This document shows positions 1 through 12,300 of a stretch of DNA of 64,000 bases, one piece after another. Under the pieces are notes generated by a model, which saw only the letters and a program-made list of their open reading frames with translations, was not told the origin of the DNA and searched no databases. The DNA is from Neocallimastix sp. 'constans' (taxonomy: Eukaryota), in the NCBI GenBank assembly GCA_050613775.1, contig JBODTK010000016.1, forward strand, positions 868,001 through 932,000, in the 5' to 3' direction. The stretch's first letter is position 1; every line of letters starts with the position of its first letter. Position numbers and translations under genes: made by a program.

Positions 1-355
1 TTCTATTGTTTTCTATTTTTTCTAAATTTTTCGATTTTTAAGAACTTTTTAGAAACTTTTATTTTTATTTTTTAATAACTTTAACTTTTGAAAAAAATAT
101 AAATATGAGTAAAATTCTTATTAACAAATATTCTTTTCTTTGTGTTTTTTATTTTAATTTTGTTTAGTTAATAAAACTTAATTTTTAATAAAACTTTTTT
201 TAATATTAATACTATATCAACCCTTGCGGCTTATAGTATTATAATAAATATAATTAATAAAATAATTATAATAAAAGAAAAAAAATAAATAAAAAATAAA
301 ATAATTTTTGTTTTTTTTTGAGTGTTATTATATTTATTATAATATTTTGTTATAA
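1..355 (+). repeat. 3' part of an element A LTR (cut by the window edge)
   Basis: Identical to 6981-7335; ends in TGTTATAA. Confidence 0.7.
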
Positions 356-833
356 TAAAAAACACCCAAGATTTAGACGCCGTGCCTTGATATATCTACC
401 CTTTTGTTTGGTTTGAAGCTTTCTTTTGGAATTAGTGTCTACTGCCTTTTTGTTTTCTTTTTGGACTTTATTTTTTGAATCTCTCGGATTTTCTGTTTCC
501 TTTGTTTTTGGTTTCTGTTTGGCTACTTATCTTATTGGCTTCAGGTTTCCACTTTTGGTTAGATTCTTTCTGTTTGCCTTGGATTTCTTATTTTTGGTCT
601 TGGTTTCTGTTTCCATTGGTTTCAGATTTCTTAGTTTTGGACTTGGTTTTTGTTTCCATTGGTTTCGGGTTTCTGATTCTTGGTTTCTACTTTTGGACAA
701 AATCTCTTCTTCTCTTAGTCTCTGATATCTTCTTTGGGTTCAGCCTTGCTTCTTGAATCTACTTTTTTTTTTTAAAAAATAAAATTCTCGGTTTTTGGTA
801 TTAATAGCAAACTCACAATAATACCAAAATCTA

Positions 834-2182
834 TCTAGGCGAAAAAAAAAAAAATTTTGATATAAAAAAAAAAAAAAAAAAAAAAAATTCTTTAAGAAGT
901 TCTACAGTTCTTGAGACTTTTTAAAGAATATTACAGGTAAATATAATATTTAAATATACTAGGAGCGATTAGAGCTCATAAACAGAGTTTCGGCGGTTAG
1001 TAACTGTAAAGATATTATTAATATCTTTATAAATTTTAATTAAATTTAATCATAAATTTAAGTAAAATTGAAATAAATCTATTAAAAATCACGTGTATAA
1101 AATTATTGCAAATAATTTTAAACAAAACTTCGACTTCTTCCCAATCACATTAATAAATTAAAAATTTCTCTTGTGAAACTAGTAATTGAAAATCATTTCT
1201 TTTTATGTAATTTAATTTAAATAATAAGAGTTAAGGTTTTTTACAAGATAAATTAACAACATGAAACTATGCAATTAGTCATGTTGAAACTTGCGGCATT
1301 TTATGCTAAAATCATATTAAATAATTATGACAACTTTTATATTAATTTTAAATAGAAAATATAATAAGAATTTATTAATAATATTTAAATAATAAATAAA
1401 TAATAAATGAGCTCGATTGAAATTGTTTATATTTATTTTAGTTATTAATTATAATTCTCTTTATTTAGTAATAGTTAATTATTTATTATTAGTTTAGGTT
1501 AGTATTGTTTTTAAATAAATAGTTAGATAATATAATTCAATAGGAATTATATATTCTAAATGTAATAAGATAAAAATATAAATAGTTAACCAAATTTCAT
1601 GTATTTTAATCGATGTAATTGTTATTAACGATTTATTGTTAATAACACTAATAATTAATAAAGATTATTTTAAAATCTAAATATAATAAAACTTATTTGT
1701 TTATAAAACATTTTTGTGTTATTTAGTGTTATTATAATTTTTGACTTATAATCTATTTTTTAAATCAAAACTTTATAGTAACTAGTTTCAGTAGGTTAGA
1801 AACTATAGCCGTTAATTATTCGAATATAAACGGGCTTCAAAACCCTAGGGCGTGAAGAGCGTGTGGATTAAACGAAAGCCACATCCTACCAACCAACTTC
1901 AACAGTTCGGTGGTTGCTCTATTCGAATAAGCTCTGGCGAATAAGGAACTATAGTCACCGAAGGCTATAGGTTGGTCGTGAAGGTAAAGCGACTTTAAAA
2001 TATATAGTTTATAATTTTTTATTTTGAGGTCTAGTATATACCTCTAGTTAGTAACTCTTGCCGGTTTTTTATTTTGTTGTAAGGCATAAAAGAGTGAAAT
2101 TTAGTCTAGTTATTATATTTACCAAATTAAATTTAAAAAAAAAAAAAAAAATTTAAATCAGCAATTAAACTAAACGCCTAGA
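834..2182 (+). ncRNA. Candidate large structured RNA in the element A 5' leader (copy 1)
   Basis: Shares AGGAGCG..TAGAGCTCATA.ACAG, AGTAGGTT, TTAATT, CTGGCGAATAAGGA and GTCACCGAAGGC with 26692-27117, in the same order, with compensatory changes in several stems. Confidence 0.75.
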
Positions 2183-2354
2183 AAAATAATAATTTATAAT
2201 TCTTTATCATTACAATTTTCATTCGGGAGCACTAATAAAAAAAAAAAAAAAAAAAAAAAAAATAATAATAATAATAGTGATAATATTAAATAAATCTTCC
2301 TATTGCAATTCTTAAACTATTCTTAAACTTGTTTATAATTTAATAATTCTTTCA

Positions 2355-5300
2355 ATGTCTTCTTCATCAAACGATTTTCATTTTAATGGCGATTCAGCTA
2401 AGCTCAAGGGATTTTTAGCTTATGTTGGGTTAGCCATTGCACTTCGTCCTGAATATTTCACCAATGATCCGTTAAAAGTAGCTTATACCATCACTTTGTT
2501 AAGAGATGAAGCTATGGATTGGGCTGCAGACTTGATGAATGAAAATAACCCAGTCCTTGACGATTTTAACGCTTTCATTGAACTTATGAAGGATAGATTC
2601 AGTGACGTAGATGCAGTTTTTAATTGTAATCAAGCTCTTATGCATATTAAGCAAAAAGTATATGGTAAAGTCACTGATTACAATAATGAATTCCGTAGGC
2701 TTTCGGAAAAAACGGACTGGAATGAATTTGCCTTAATGGATGCTTATATTGAAGGATTGCTACCAAGACTTCAAGAAAGAGTAATTAGTTTGTTCCCTCC
2801 TCCTGCCAAATTAAGTGAACTAATGCGAATTACCAATCGTATAGATCATCAAATGACTCGATTTGCAACGATCAACAATTACAATTCTAGAAATAACAGT
2901 AATAATAATAATAATTCTCGTAATAATAGGAAGTATTTTAGATTTAACTCTAGTAATAATAGAAACGCCAATTCTAATTCTTTTTTCAAATCAAATAATG
3001 ATTCAAATTACTCTCATTTATCCCCTGAAGAAAGAGCAAGAAGAATTAAAGAAGGGCTTTGTCTATATTGTGGACAATCAGGCCATAAATTAATAAATTG
3101 TCCAAAGCGAGCAAATAAACCTGGCTCCTCCCATATGGCTAGATCTAATTCTTCTAAGAAATTTAATAAAGATTGTATTATTAAGTGTTCCTTTAACTAC
3201 AAAAATAAATGGATTAAAGCTAAGGCTCTTATAGATTCCGGCTCCGACTTGAATCTTATGGATAGTAATTTTGCTAAAATTAATAATTTTAAGCTTGTAC
3301 ATGATAATTTAGAAGCTGATAACATTACTGGTATTGGTGGTGGCAAAGACGTTGTTGGTAAAACTATACCAATATTATTTAAAGTTAGTAACCTTCAGGT
3401 CTTAACAGAATTTTTTGTTATTGATTTGAACGACAAATTTGAGTGCTTAATTGGTTCTAGATTTCTTAAAGAAAATAAATCATCAATTGATTTCAACAAT
3501 AATATTTTAAGCTTTTGCAATAGTAATAACAATGCGTCAGATTCTTCCTTTGTTGAATCAATACCTTCAACCTCGGTTAACTCTACTTCACTTTCTCTTA
3601 CTTCGAATACTTCCGACTCTATCTCTTCGAAATCAGCCTATTCCAGTTCATACACCCCTAATAATTCTTTGTTTGATAATTCTTCTATTTCTCCTTCAGT
3701 GTTGAAGAATTCAATTGCCTCTTCCCCAAACATGGATACTCCAAATAAAACACTTCCCGCCATTTATCTAGAATTCTCTGATGTATTTAGTGAAGAAGAA
3801 GCTAAAATCTTACCTCCTCATTCTAGTTTTGATTGTGCTATTGACCTTAAACCTAATACTAAGTTATATTATAGTGCAATTTATCCCCTTACAATTCCCG
3901 AAGAAATAGCTTTAGAAAAAATTATTAAAGACTATTTAAAATACGGCTTTATTGTTAGGTCAAAATCAGAAGCTGGTCATCCAATTTTATTTGCTCCAAA
4001 AGATAATGGTGAGTTACGTATGTGTATTGATCTTAGGAAACTTAATGAAATCACCATTAGAGATAGTTATCCTATGCCTTTAACAACTGTTATTTTTAAT
4101 AAAGCTCCTGGTCATAAGTATTACTCAAAGCTTGATTTAAAATCTGCTTACTTCCAAATTCGTATCAGGTCTGGAGATGAATACAAAACAGCTTTTGTAT
4201 GTAGCTTAGGACACTTTGAATTTAGAGTTATGCCTTTCGGTTTCAAGAATGCACCTGCCTGTTTTCAAAGAATGATTGATACTGCATTAAGTGACTATTT
4301 AGGTAAATTTTGCTATGCCTATATTGATGATATTATCATTTTTTCTGATGATCTTTCTGAACATCATTTACACGTTAAAAAAGTACTATTACAACTTAGG
4401 AAATTTCATTTACATGTTAACCTTGAAAAATGTGAGTTTGATAAGTTCGAAGTTAAATTTTTAGGATATTATGTATCTTCAGATGGTCTTAAGATGGATA
4501 TTAAGAAAGTCTCAGCTATTTTAGATTGGCCTGCTCCAACTACAGTTAAAGAAGTTCAATCGTTTCTTGGCCTAGCCAATTTCTACAGACGCTTTATAAA
4601 AAATTTTGCTAAAATTGCTTATCCTCTTAATAAACTTACAAGAAAAAATGTTCCTTTTGTTTGGTCAAAAGATGCTAATGACTCTTTTGAACTTCTTAAA
4701 CGTTCTTTTACTTCTGCTCCCATCCTTATTCCTGTTGATCCTAATTCTCAATTTTTTGTTGAAACGGATGCAAGTAATTTTGCGCTTGGATGTATTTTAT
4801 CCCAAGTTAGCTCTAAAGATAATAAGCTTCATCCAATTGCTTTCTATTCTAGAGCTTTTACCTCTGCTGAATGCAATTATCCAATTTATGATAAAGAGTT
4901 ACTTGCTATTAAGACTGCTTTTGAAACTTGGAGGTACTATTTAGAAGGTGCTAAGAATACTATTAAAGTTCTTACTGATCATAGAAATCTACTCTACTTT
5001 AAGAAACCAGAACAGCTTTCACAACGTTTAATTAGATGGTCAATGTTCTTTACTCGATTTGACTTTCAAATTGAGTATCGTCCAGGTTCTCGCGGTGGTA
5101 AGCCAGATGCTTTATCTCGCCGTCCTGATTATGATAATCATGAATCTGCTAAACCTTACCAAGTACTTAAACCGGAAAATTTTTGTTTTACTTCAAGGAT
5201 CTCTATTGAATCAAATCTACAAGATGAAATTAAAAAGTGTTACTCCAAGGATCCTTTCTTTAATAATGTTAAGATATATTTTGAAAAGCCTTCTGCTAAT

Positions 5301-6683
5301 GAGAAACCCATTGCTTCGGTTGATCTCCTTTCGTTCTCCAATGGTATTCTTTTATATGACAATCTTATTTATATTCCTGAATGCCTTAGATTTAAAATTC
5401 TTTGTTCTTGTCATGATTCTCCTACTGCTGGCCACTTTGGCATAAATAAAACCTCTGACTTAGTTTCTAGAAATTATTGGTGGCCTGGTATGCATAAGGA
5501 TATTAAAAAATATATTCGTACTTGTAATGTGTGCTGCGCTTCAAAAGCTCCTCGTCATAAACCTTACGGTTTACTTAAATCTTTACCCATTGGCAATAAT
5601 CCTTGGGAATCAATTTCAATGGATTTTATAACTGATCTTCCCTCTTCCAATGGTATGTCTTGTATTCTTGTCGTAGTTGATCGCTTTACGAAGATGGCTC
5701 ATTTTGTTCCCTTTAAATCAGTTCCCTCTGCTGAGGATTGTGCTGAACAATTTCTTAATTCTATTTTCAAACTTCATGGTCTGCCAAAGGATATTGTGTC
5801 GGATAGAGGTACTCAGTTTACTTCTAAATTTTGGAATAGATTATTTAATTTACTTCATGTTGATCTTTGTTTATCATCTGCTCATCATCAGCAAACTAAT
5901 GGCCAAACGGAGAGGGTAAACGCAATACTTGAACAATACTTAAGATGTTATGTTAATTATCAACAAAATAATTGGATGGAATATTTATCTCTTGCAGAAT
6001 TTGCTTACAATAACACAATACAAGAATCTGCAAATGCTACTCCTTTCTTTCTTAATTATGGGTTAAATCCTAAATTTGATCCTTCTACTCCAGATGTTTC
6101 TATTGTCCCTCGTGCTGAAATTATTGCTAAAGACTTAAAAGAATTAAGAAATGTACTTAAAGAAAATCTTCAAAGTGCAGTTAATTTTCAAAAAAAATAT
6201 TATGATGATAAACATATGTCTCCGCCTGAGTTTAAAGTTGGCTCAAAAGTTTGGCTGTTAAGGAATGATTTAATAAATAATAAAAAAGGTAAACTTGCTC
6301 CTAAGAAATCTGGTCCATTTACTATTTTAAAGAAAATTTCAGATGTAAGTTATAAATTAAAGTTACCAAACTCTTTTAGGGTCTTTCCAGTTTTCCACGT
6401 TTCACTTCTTGAGCCAGCCTATGAAAATGAATTTACAGAAAGAAATATCCCAACTCCAAAACCTATTATACTTAATGGAGAAAAAGAATATGAAGTTGAA
6501 TCTATTCTTGATTCAAAGAAATTTCATAACAAAATTAAATATTTAATTCATTGGAAAGGTTATGATGATTCTGAAAACTCATGGGAACCTTTTGAGAATC
6601 TTCATTGCAATAAACTTCTTGCCGAATTCCACAAGAAGTTTCCAAATAAACCAAAACCTAAGACGTCTGGAATCCGTCTCTAA
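2355..6683 (+). CDS. Gag-Pol polyprotein (Gag, CCHC knuckle, aspartic protease, RT, RNase H, integrase, chromodomain)
   Basis: CLYCGQSGHKLINC; LIDSGS; RT MPFG and YIDD; RNase H VETDAS; integrase HDSPTAGH..CNVC, SMDF, SDRG, GQTE, GPF; chromodomain EYEVESIL...YLIHWKGY...SWEP. Confidence 0.98.
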   Translation: MSSSSNDFHFNGDSAKLKGFLAYVGLAIALRPEYFTNDPLKVAYTITLLRDEAMDWAADLMNENNPVLDDFNAFIELMKDRFSDVDAVFNCNQALMHIKQKVYGKVTDYNNEFRRLSEKTDWNEFALMDAYIEGLLPRLQERVISLFPPPAKLSELMRITNRIDHQMTRFATINNYNSRNNSNNNNNSRNNRKYFRFNSSNNRNANSNSFFKSNNDSNYSHLSPEERARRIKEGLCLYCGQSGHKLINCPKRANKPGSSHMARSNSSKKFNKDCIIKCSFNYKNKWIKAKALIDSGSDLNLMDSNFAKINNFKLVHDNLEADNITGIGGGKDVVGKTIPILFKVSNLQVLTEFFVIDLNDKFECLIGSRFLKENKSSIDFNNNILSFCNSNNNASDSSFVESIPSTSVNSTSLSLTSNTSDSISSKSAYSSSYTPNNSLFDNSSISPSVLKNSIASSPNMDTPNKTLPAIYLEFSDVFSEEEAKILPPHSSFDCAIDLKPNTKLYYSAIYPLTIPEEIALEKIIKDYLKYGFIVRSKSEAGHPILFAPKDNGELRMCIDLRKLNEITIRDSYPMPLTTVIFNKAPGHKYYSKLDLKSAYFQIRIRSGDEYKTAFVCSLGHFEFRVMPFGFKNAPACFQRMIDTALSDYLGKFCYAYIDDIIIFSDDLSEHHLHVKKVLLQLRKFHLHVNLEKCEFDKFEVKFLGYYVSSDGLKMDIKKVSAILDWPAPTTVKEVQSFLGLANFYRRFIKNFAKIAYPLNKLTRKNVPFVWSKDANDSFELLKRSFTSAPILIPVDPNSQFFVETDASNFALGCILSQVSSKDNKLHPIAFYSRAFTSAECNYPIYDKELLAIKTAFETWRYYLEGAKNTIKVLTDHRNLLYFKKPEQLSQRLIRWSMFFTRFDFQIEYRPGSRGGKPDALSRRPDYDNHESAKPYQVLKPENFCFTSRISIESNLQDEIKKCYSKDPFFNNVKIYFEKPSANEKPIASVDLLSFSNGILLYDNLIYIPECLRFKILCSCHDSPTAGHFGINKTSDLVSRNYWWPGMHKDIKKYIRTCNVCCASKAPRHKPYGLLKSLPIGNNPWESISMDFITDLPSSNGMSCILVVVDRFTKMAHFVPFKSVPSAEDCAEQFLNSIFKLHGLPKDIVSDRGTQFTSKFWNRLFNLLHVDLCLSSAHHQQTNGQTERVNAILEQYLRCYVNYQQNNWMEYLSLAEFAYNNTIQESANATPFFLNYGLNPKFDPSTPDVSIVPRAEIIAKDLKELRNVLKENLQSAVNFQKKYYDDKHMSPPEFKVGSKVWLLRNDLINNKKGKLAPKKSGPFTILKKISDVSYKLKLPNSFRVFPVFHVSLLEPAYENEFTERNIPTPKPIILNGEKEYEVESILDSKKFHNKIKYLIHWKGYDDSENSWEPFENLHCNKLLAEFHKKFPNKPKPKTSGIRL

Positions 6684-6692
6684 GGGAGAGAG
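6682..6692 (+). other. Polypurine tract of element A
   Basis: AAGGGAGAGAG overlapping the ORF stop and directly before the inferred LTR; repeated at 13663-13673. Confidence 0.75.
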
Positions 6693-7335
6693 TTATAACA
6701 GAATCAATAATTACAATTATTTTATTATTTTAATATTTAGTATTATTTTTCAATAAAGTTTTAAAACAAATAATTAAATTTAAAAAATATTATTTCTGGT
6801 ATAGTTGTTAGTAACTAATACCATGAATCAAACTACTTAGGGTTCGATTCACATTTATTATTATTTTATAGTTTTATTCTAAAAAATATCTAGAAGATTC
6901 TTTATAGTTCAAGAAATTACTAGAATTTCTTGATAATTCTTGTGTTTAATTAATTAAAATTTATTCTATTAAATTCTTAATTCTATTGTTTTCTATTTTT
7001 TCTAAATTTTTCGATTTTTAAGAACTTTTTAGAAACTTTTATTTTTATTTTTTAATAACTTTAACTTTTGAAAAAAATATAAATATGAGTAAAATTCTTA
7101 TTAACAAATATTCTTTTCTTTGTGTTTTTTATTTTAATTTTGTTTAGTTAATAAAACTTAATTTTTAATAAAACTTTTTTTAATATTAATACTATATCAA
7201 CCCTTGCGGCTTATAGTATTATAATAAATATAATTAATAAAATAATTATAATAAAAGAAAAAAAATAAATAAAAAATAAAATAATTTTTGTTTTTTTTTG
7301 AGTGTTATTATATTTATTATAATATTTTGTTATAA
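6693..7335 (+). repeat. Element A LTR shared between copies (643 bp)
   Basis: Starts right after the PPT with TTATAACA and ends with its reverse complement TGTTATAA. The boundaries are inferred from the PPT and this 8-bp inverted repeat. Confidence 0.65.
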
Positions 7336-7813
7336 TAAAAAACACCCAAGATTTAGACGCCGTGCCTTGATATATCTACCCTTTTGTTTGGTTTGAAGCT
7401 TTCTTTTGGAATTAGTGTCTACTGCCTTTTTGTTTTCTTTTTGGACTTTATTTTTTGAATCTCTCGGATTTTCTGTTTCCTTTGTTTTTGGTTTCTGTTT
7501 GGCTACTTATCTTATTGGCTTCAGGTTTCCACTTTTGGTTAGATTCTTTCTGTTTGCCTTGGATTTCTTATTTTTGGTCTTGGTTTCTGTTTCCATTGGT
7601 TTCAGATTTCTTAGTTTTGGACTTGGTTTTTGTTTCCATTGGTTTCGGGTTTCTGATTCTTGGTTTCTACTTTTGGACAAAATCTCTTCTTCTCTTAGTC
7701 TCTGATATCTTCTTTGGGTTCAGCCTTGCTTCTTGAATCTACTTTTTTTTTTTAAAAAATAAAATTCTCGGTTTTTGGTATTAATAGCAAACTCACAATA
7801 ATACCAAAATCTA

Positions 7814-9163
7814 TCTAGGCGAAAAAAAAAAAAATTTTGATATAAAAAAAAAAAAAAAAAAAAAAAAATTCTTTAAGAAGTTCTACAGTTCTTGAGACTT
7901 TTTAAAGAATATTACAGGTAAATATAATATTTAAATATACTAGGAGCGATTAGAGCTCATAAACAGAGTTTCGGCGGTTAGTAACTGTAAAGATATTATT
8001 AATATCTTTATAAATTTTAATTAAATTTAATCATAAATTTAAGTAAAATTGAAATAAATCTATTAAAAATCACGTGTATAAAATTATTGCAAATAATTTT
8101 AAACAAAACTTCGACTTCTTCCCAATCACATTAATAAATTAAAAATTTCTCTTGTGAAACTAGTAATTGAAAATCATTTCTTTTTATGTAATTTAATTTA
8201 AATAATAAGAGTTAAGGTTTTTTACAAGATAAATTAACAACATGAAACTATGCAATTAGTCATGTTGAAACTTGCGGCATTTTATGCTAAAATCATATTA
8301 AATAATTATGACAACTTTTATATTAATTTTAAATAGAAAATATAATAAGAATTTATTAATAATATTTAAATAATAAATAAATAATAAATGAGCTCGATTG
8401 AAATTGTTTATATTTATTTTAGTTATTAATTATAATTCTCTTTATTTAGTAATAGTTAATTATTTATTATTAGTTTAGGTTAGTATTGTTTTTAAATAAA
8501 TAGTTAGATAATATAATTCAATAGGAATTATATATTCTAAATGTAATAAGATAAAAATATAAATAGTTAACCAAATTTCATGTATTTTAATCGATGTAAT
8601 TGTTATTAACGATTTATTGTTAATAACACTAATAATTAATAAAGATTATTTTAAAATCTAAATATAATAAAACTTATTTGTTTATAAAACATTTTTGTGT
8701 TATTTAGTGTTATTATAATTTTTGACTTATAATCTATTTTTTAAATCAAAACTTTATAGTAACTAGTTTCAGTAGGTTAGAAACTATAGCCGTTAATTAT
8801 TCGAATATAAACGGGCTTCAAAACCCTAGGGCGTGAAGAGCGTGTGGATTAAACGAAAGCCACATCCTACCAACCAACTTCAACAGTTCGGTGGTTGCTC
8901 TATTCGAATAAGCTCTGGCGAATAAGGAACTATAGTCACCGAAGGCTATAGGTTGGTCGTGAAGGTAAAGCGACTTTAAAATATATAGTTTATAATTTTT
9001 TATTTTGAGGTCTAGTATATACCTCTAGTTAGTAACTCTTGCCGGTTTTTTATTTTGTTGTAAGGCATAAAAGAGTGAAATTTAGTCTAGTTATTATATT
9101 TACCAAATTAAATTTAAAAAAAAAAAAAAAAATTTAAATCAGCAATTAAACTAAACGCCTAGA
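7814..9163 (+). ncRNA. Candidate large structured leader RNA (copy 2)
   Basis: Same as 834-2182. Confidence 0.75.
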
Positions 9164-9335
9164 AAAATAATAATTTATAATTCTTTATCATTACAATTTT
9201 CATTCGGGAGCACTAATAAAAAAAAAAAAAAAAAAAAAAAAAATAATAATAATAATAGTGATAATATTAAATAAATCTTCCTATTGCAATTCTTAAACTA
9301 TTCTTAAACTTGTTTATAATTTAATAATTCTTTCA

Positions 9336-12300
9336 ATGTCTTCTTCATCAAACGATTTTCATTTTAATGGCGATTCAGCTAAGCTCAAGGGATTTTTAGC
9401 TTATGTTGGGTTAGCCATTGCACTTCGTCCTGAATATTTCACCAATGATCCGTTAAAAGTAGCTTATACCATCACTTTGTTAAGAGATGAAGCTATGGAT
9501 TGGGCTGCAGACTTGATGAATGAAAATAACCCAGTCCTTGACGATTTTAACGCTTTCATTGAACTTATGAAGGATAGATTCAGTGACGTAGATGCAGTTT
9601 TTAATTGTAATCAAGCTCTTATGCATATTAAGCAAAAAGTATATGGTAAAGTCACTGATTACAATAATGAATTCCGTAGGCTTTCGGAAAAAACGGACTG
9701 GAATGAATTTGCCTTAATGGATGCTTATATTGAAGGATTGCTACCAAGACTTCAAGAAAGAGTAATTAGTTTGTTCCCTCCTCCTGCCAAATTAAGTGAA
9801 CTAATGCGAATTACCAATCGTATAGATCATCAAATGACTCGATTTGCAACGATCAACAATTACAATTCTAGAAATAACAGTAATAATAATAATAATTCTC
9901 GTAATAATAGGAAGTATTTTAGATTTAACTCTAGTAATAATAGAAACGCCAATTCTAATTCTTTTTTCAAATCAAATAATGATTCAAATTACTCTCATTT
10001 ATCCCCTGAAGAAAGAGCAAGAAGAATTAAAGAAGGGCTTTGTCTATATTGTGGACAATCAGGCCATAAATTAATAAATTGTCCAAAGCGAGCAAATAAA
10101 CCTGGCTCCTCCCATATGGCTAGATCTAATTCTTCTAAGAAATTTAATAAAGATTGTATTATTAAGTGTTCCTTTAACTACAAAAATAAATGGATTAAAG
10201 CTAAGGCTCTTATAGATTCCGGCTCCGACTTGAATCTTATGGATAGTAATTTTGCTAAAATTAATAATTTTAAGCTTGTACATGATAATTTAGAAGCTGA
10301 TAACATTACTGGTATTGGTGGTGGCAAAGACGTTGTTGGTAAAACTATACCAATATTATTTAAAGTTAGTAACCTTCAGGTCTTAACAGAATTTTTTGTT
10401 ATTGATTTGAACGACAAATTTGAGTGCTTAATTGGTTCTAGATTTCTTAAAGAAAATAAATCATCAATTGATTTCAACAATAATATTTTAAGCTTTTGCA
10501 ATAGTAATAACAATGCGTCAGATTCTTCCTTTGTTGAATCAATACCTTCAACCTCGGTTAACTCTACTTCACTTTCTCTTACTTCGAATACTTCCGACTC
10601 TATCTCTTCGAAATCAGCCTATTCCAGTTCATACACCCCTAATAATTCTTTGTTTGATAATTCTTCTATTTCTCCTTCAGTGTTGAAGAATTCAATTGCC
10701 TCTTCCCCAAACATGGATACTCCAAATAAAACACTTCCCGCCATTTATCTAGAATTCTCTGATGTATTTAGTGAAGAAGAAGCTAAAATCTTACCTCCTC
10801 ATTCTAGTTTTGATTGTGCTATTGACCTTAAACCTAATACTAAGTTATATTATAGTGCAATTTATCCCCTTACAATTCCCGAAGAAATAGCTTTAGAAAA
10901 AATTATTAAAGACTATTTAAAATACGGCTTTATTGTTAGGTCAAAATCAGAAGCTGGTCATCCAATTTTATTTGCTCCAAAAGATAATGGTGAGTTACGT
11001 ATGTGTATTGATCTTAGGAAACTTAATGAAATCACCATTAGAGATAGTTATCCTATGCCTTTAACAACTGTTATTTTTAATAAAGCTCCTGGTCATAAGT
11101 ATTACTCAAAGCTTGATTTAAAATCTGCTTACTTCCAAATTCGTATCAGGTCTGGAGATGAATACAAAACAGCTTTTGTATGTAGCTTAGGACACTTTGA
11201 ATTTAGAGTTATGCCTTTCGGTTTCAAGAATGCACCTGCCTGTTTTCAAAGAATGATTGATACTGCATTAAGTGACTATTTAGGTAAATTTTGCTATGCC
11301 TATATTGATGATATTATCATTTTTTCTGATGATCTTTCTGAACATCATTTACACGTTAAAAAAGTACTATTACAACTTAGGAAATTTCATTTACATGTTA
11401 ACCTTGAAAAATGTGAGTTTGATAAGTTCGAAGTTAAATTTTTAGGATATTATGTATCTTCAGATGGTCTTAAGATGGATATTAAGAAAGTCTCAGCTAT
11501 TTTAGATTGGCCTGCTCCAACTACAGTTAAAGAAGTTCAATCGTTTCTTGGCCTAGCCAATTTCTACAGACGCTTTATAAAAAATTTTGCTAAAATTGCT
11601 TATCCTCTTAATAAACTTACAAGAAAAAATGTTCCTTTTGTTTGGTCAAAAGATGCTAATGACTCTTTTGAACTTCTTAAACGTTCTTTTACTTCTGCTC
11701 CCATCCTTATTCCTGTTGATCCTAATTCTCAATTTTTTGTTGAAACGGATGCAAGTAATTTTGCGCTTGGATGTATTTTATCCCAAGTTAGCTCTAAAGA
11801 TAATAAGCTTCATCCAATTGCTTTCTATTCTAGAGCTTTTACCTCTGCTGAATGCAATTATCCAATTTATGATAAAGAGTTACTTGCTATTAAGACTGCT
11901 TTTGAAACTTGGAGGTACTATTTAGAAGGTGCTAAGAATACTATTAAAGTTCTTACTGATCATAGAAATCTACTCTACTTTAAGAAACCAGAACAGCTTT
12001 CACAACGTTTAATTAGATGGTCAATGTTCTTTACTCGATTTGACTTTCAAATTGAGTATCGTCCAGGTTCTCGCGGTGGTAAGCCAGATGCTTTATCTCG
12101 CCGTCCTGATTATGATAATCATGAATCTGCTAAACCTTACCAAGTACTTAAACCGGAAAATTTTTGTTTTACTTCAAGGATCTCTATTGAATCAAATCTA
12201 CAAGATGAAATTAAAAAGTGTTACTCCAAGGATCCTTTCTTTAATAATGTTAAGATATATTTTGAAAAGCCTTCTGCTAATGAGAAACCCATTGCTTCGG

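Noticed and set aside
426..756. Hydrophobic 99-aa and 93-aa ORFs in the element A leader (also at 7406 and 14387) as env-like genes
   Set aside because: They start at TTG, and the A-poor composition suppresses stop codons in several frames. No domain motifs.
1833..1880. Hammerhead-like words (GTGAAGA...CGAAAGCC)
   Set aside because: The core is not CUGANGA, stems I and II do not form properly, and it is not conserved in element C.
1931..1947. TGGCGAAT resembling HDV ribozyme J4/2
   Set aside because: No matching P1/P2/P3/P1.1 nested pseudoknot found upstream in either element.
2863..5919. Short alternative-frame and antisense ORFs inside gag-pol genes (also within B and C)
   Set aside because: Shadow ORFs of AT-biased coding sequence, mostly with non-ATG starts and no motifs.
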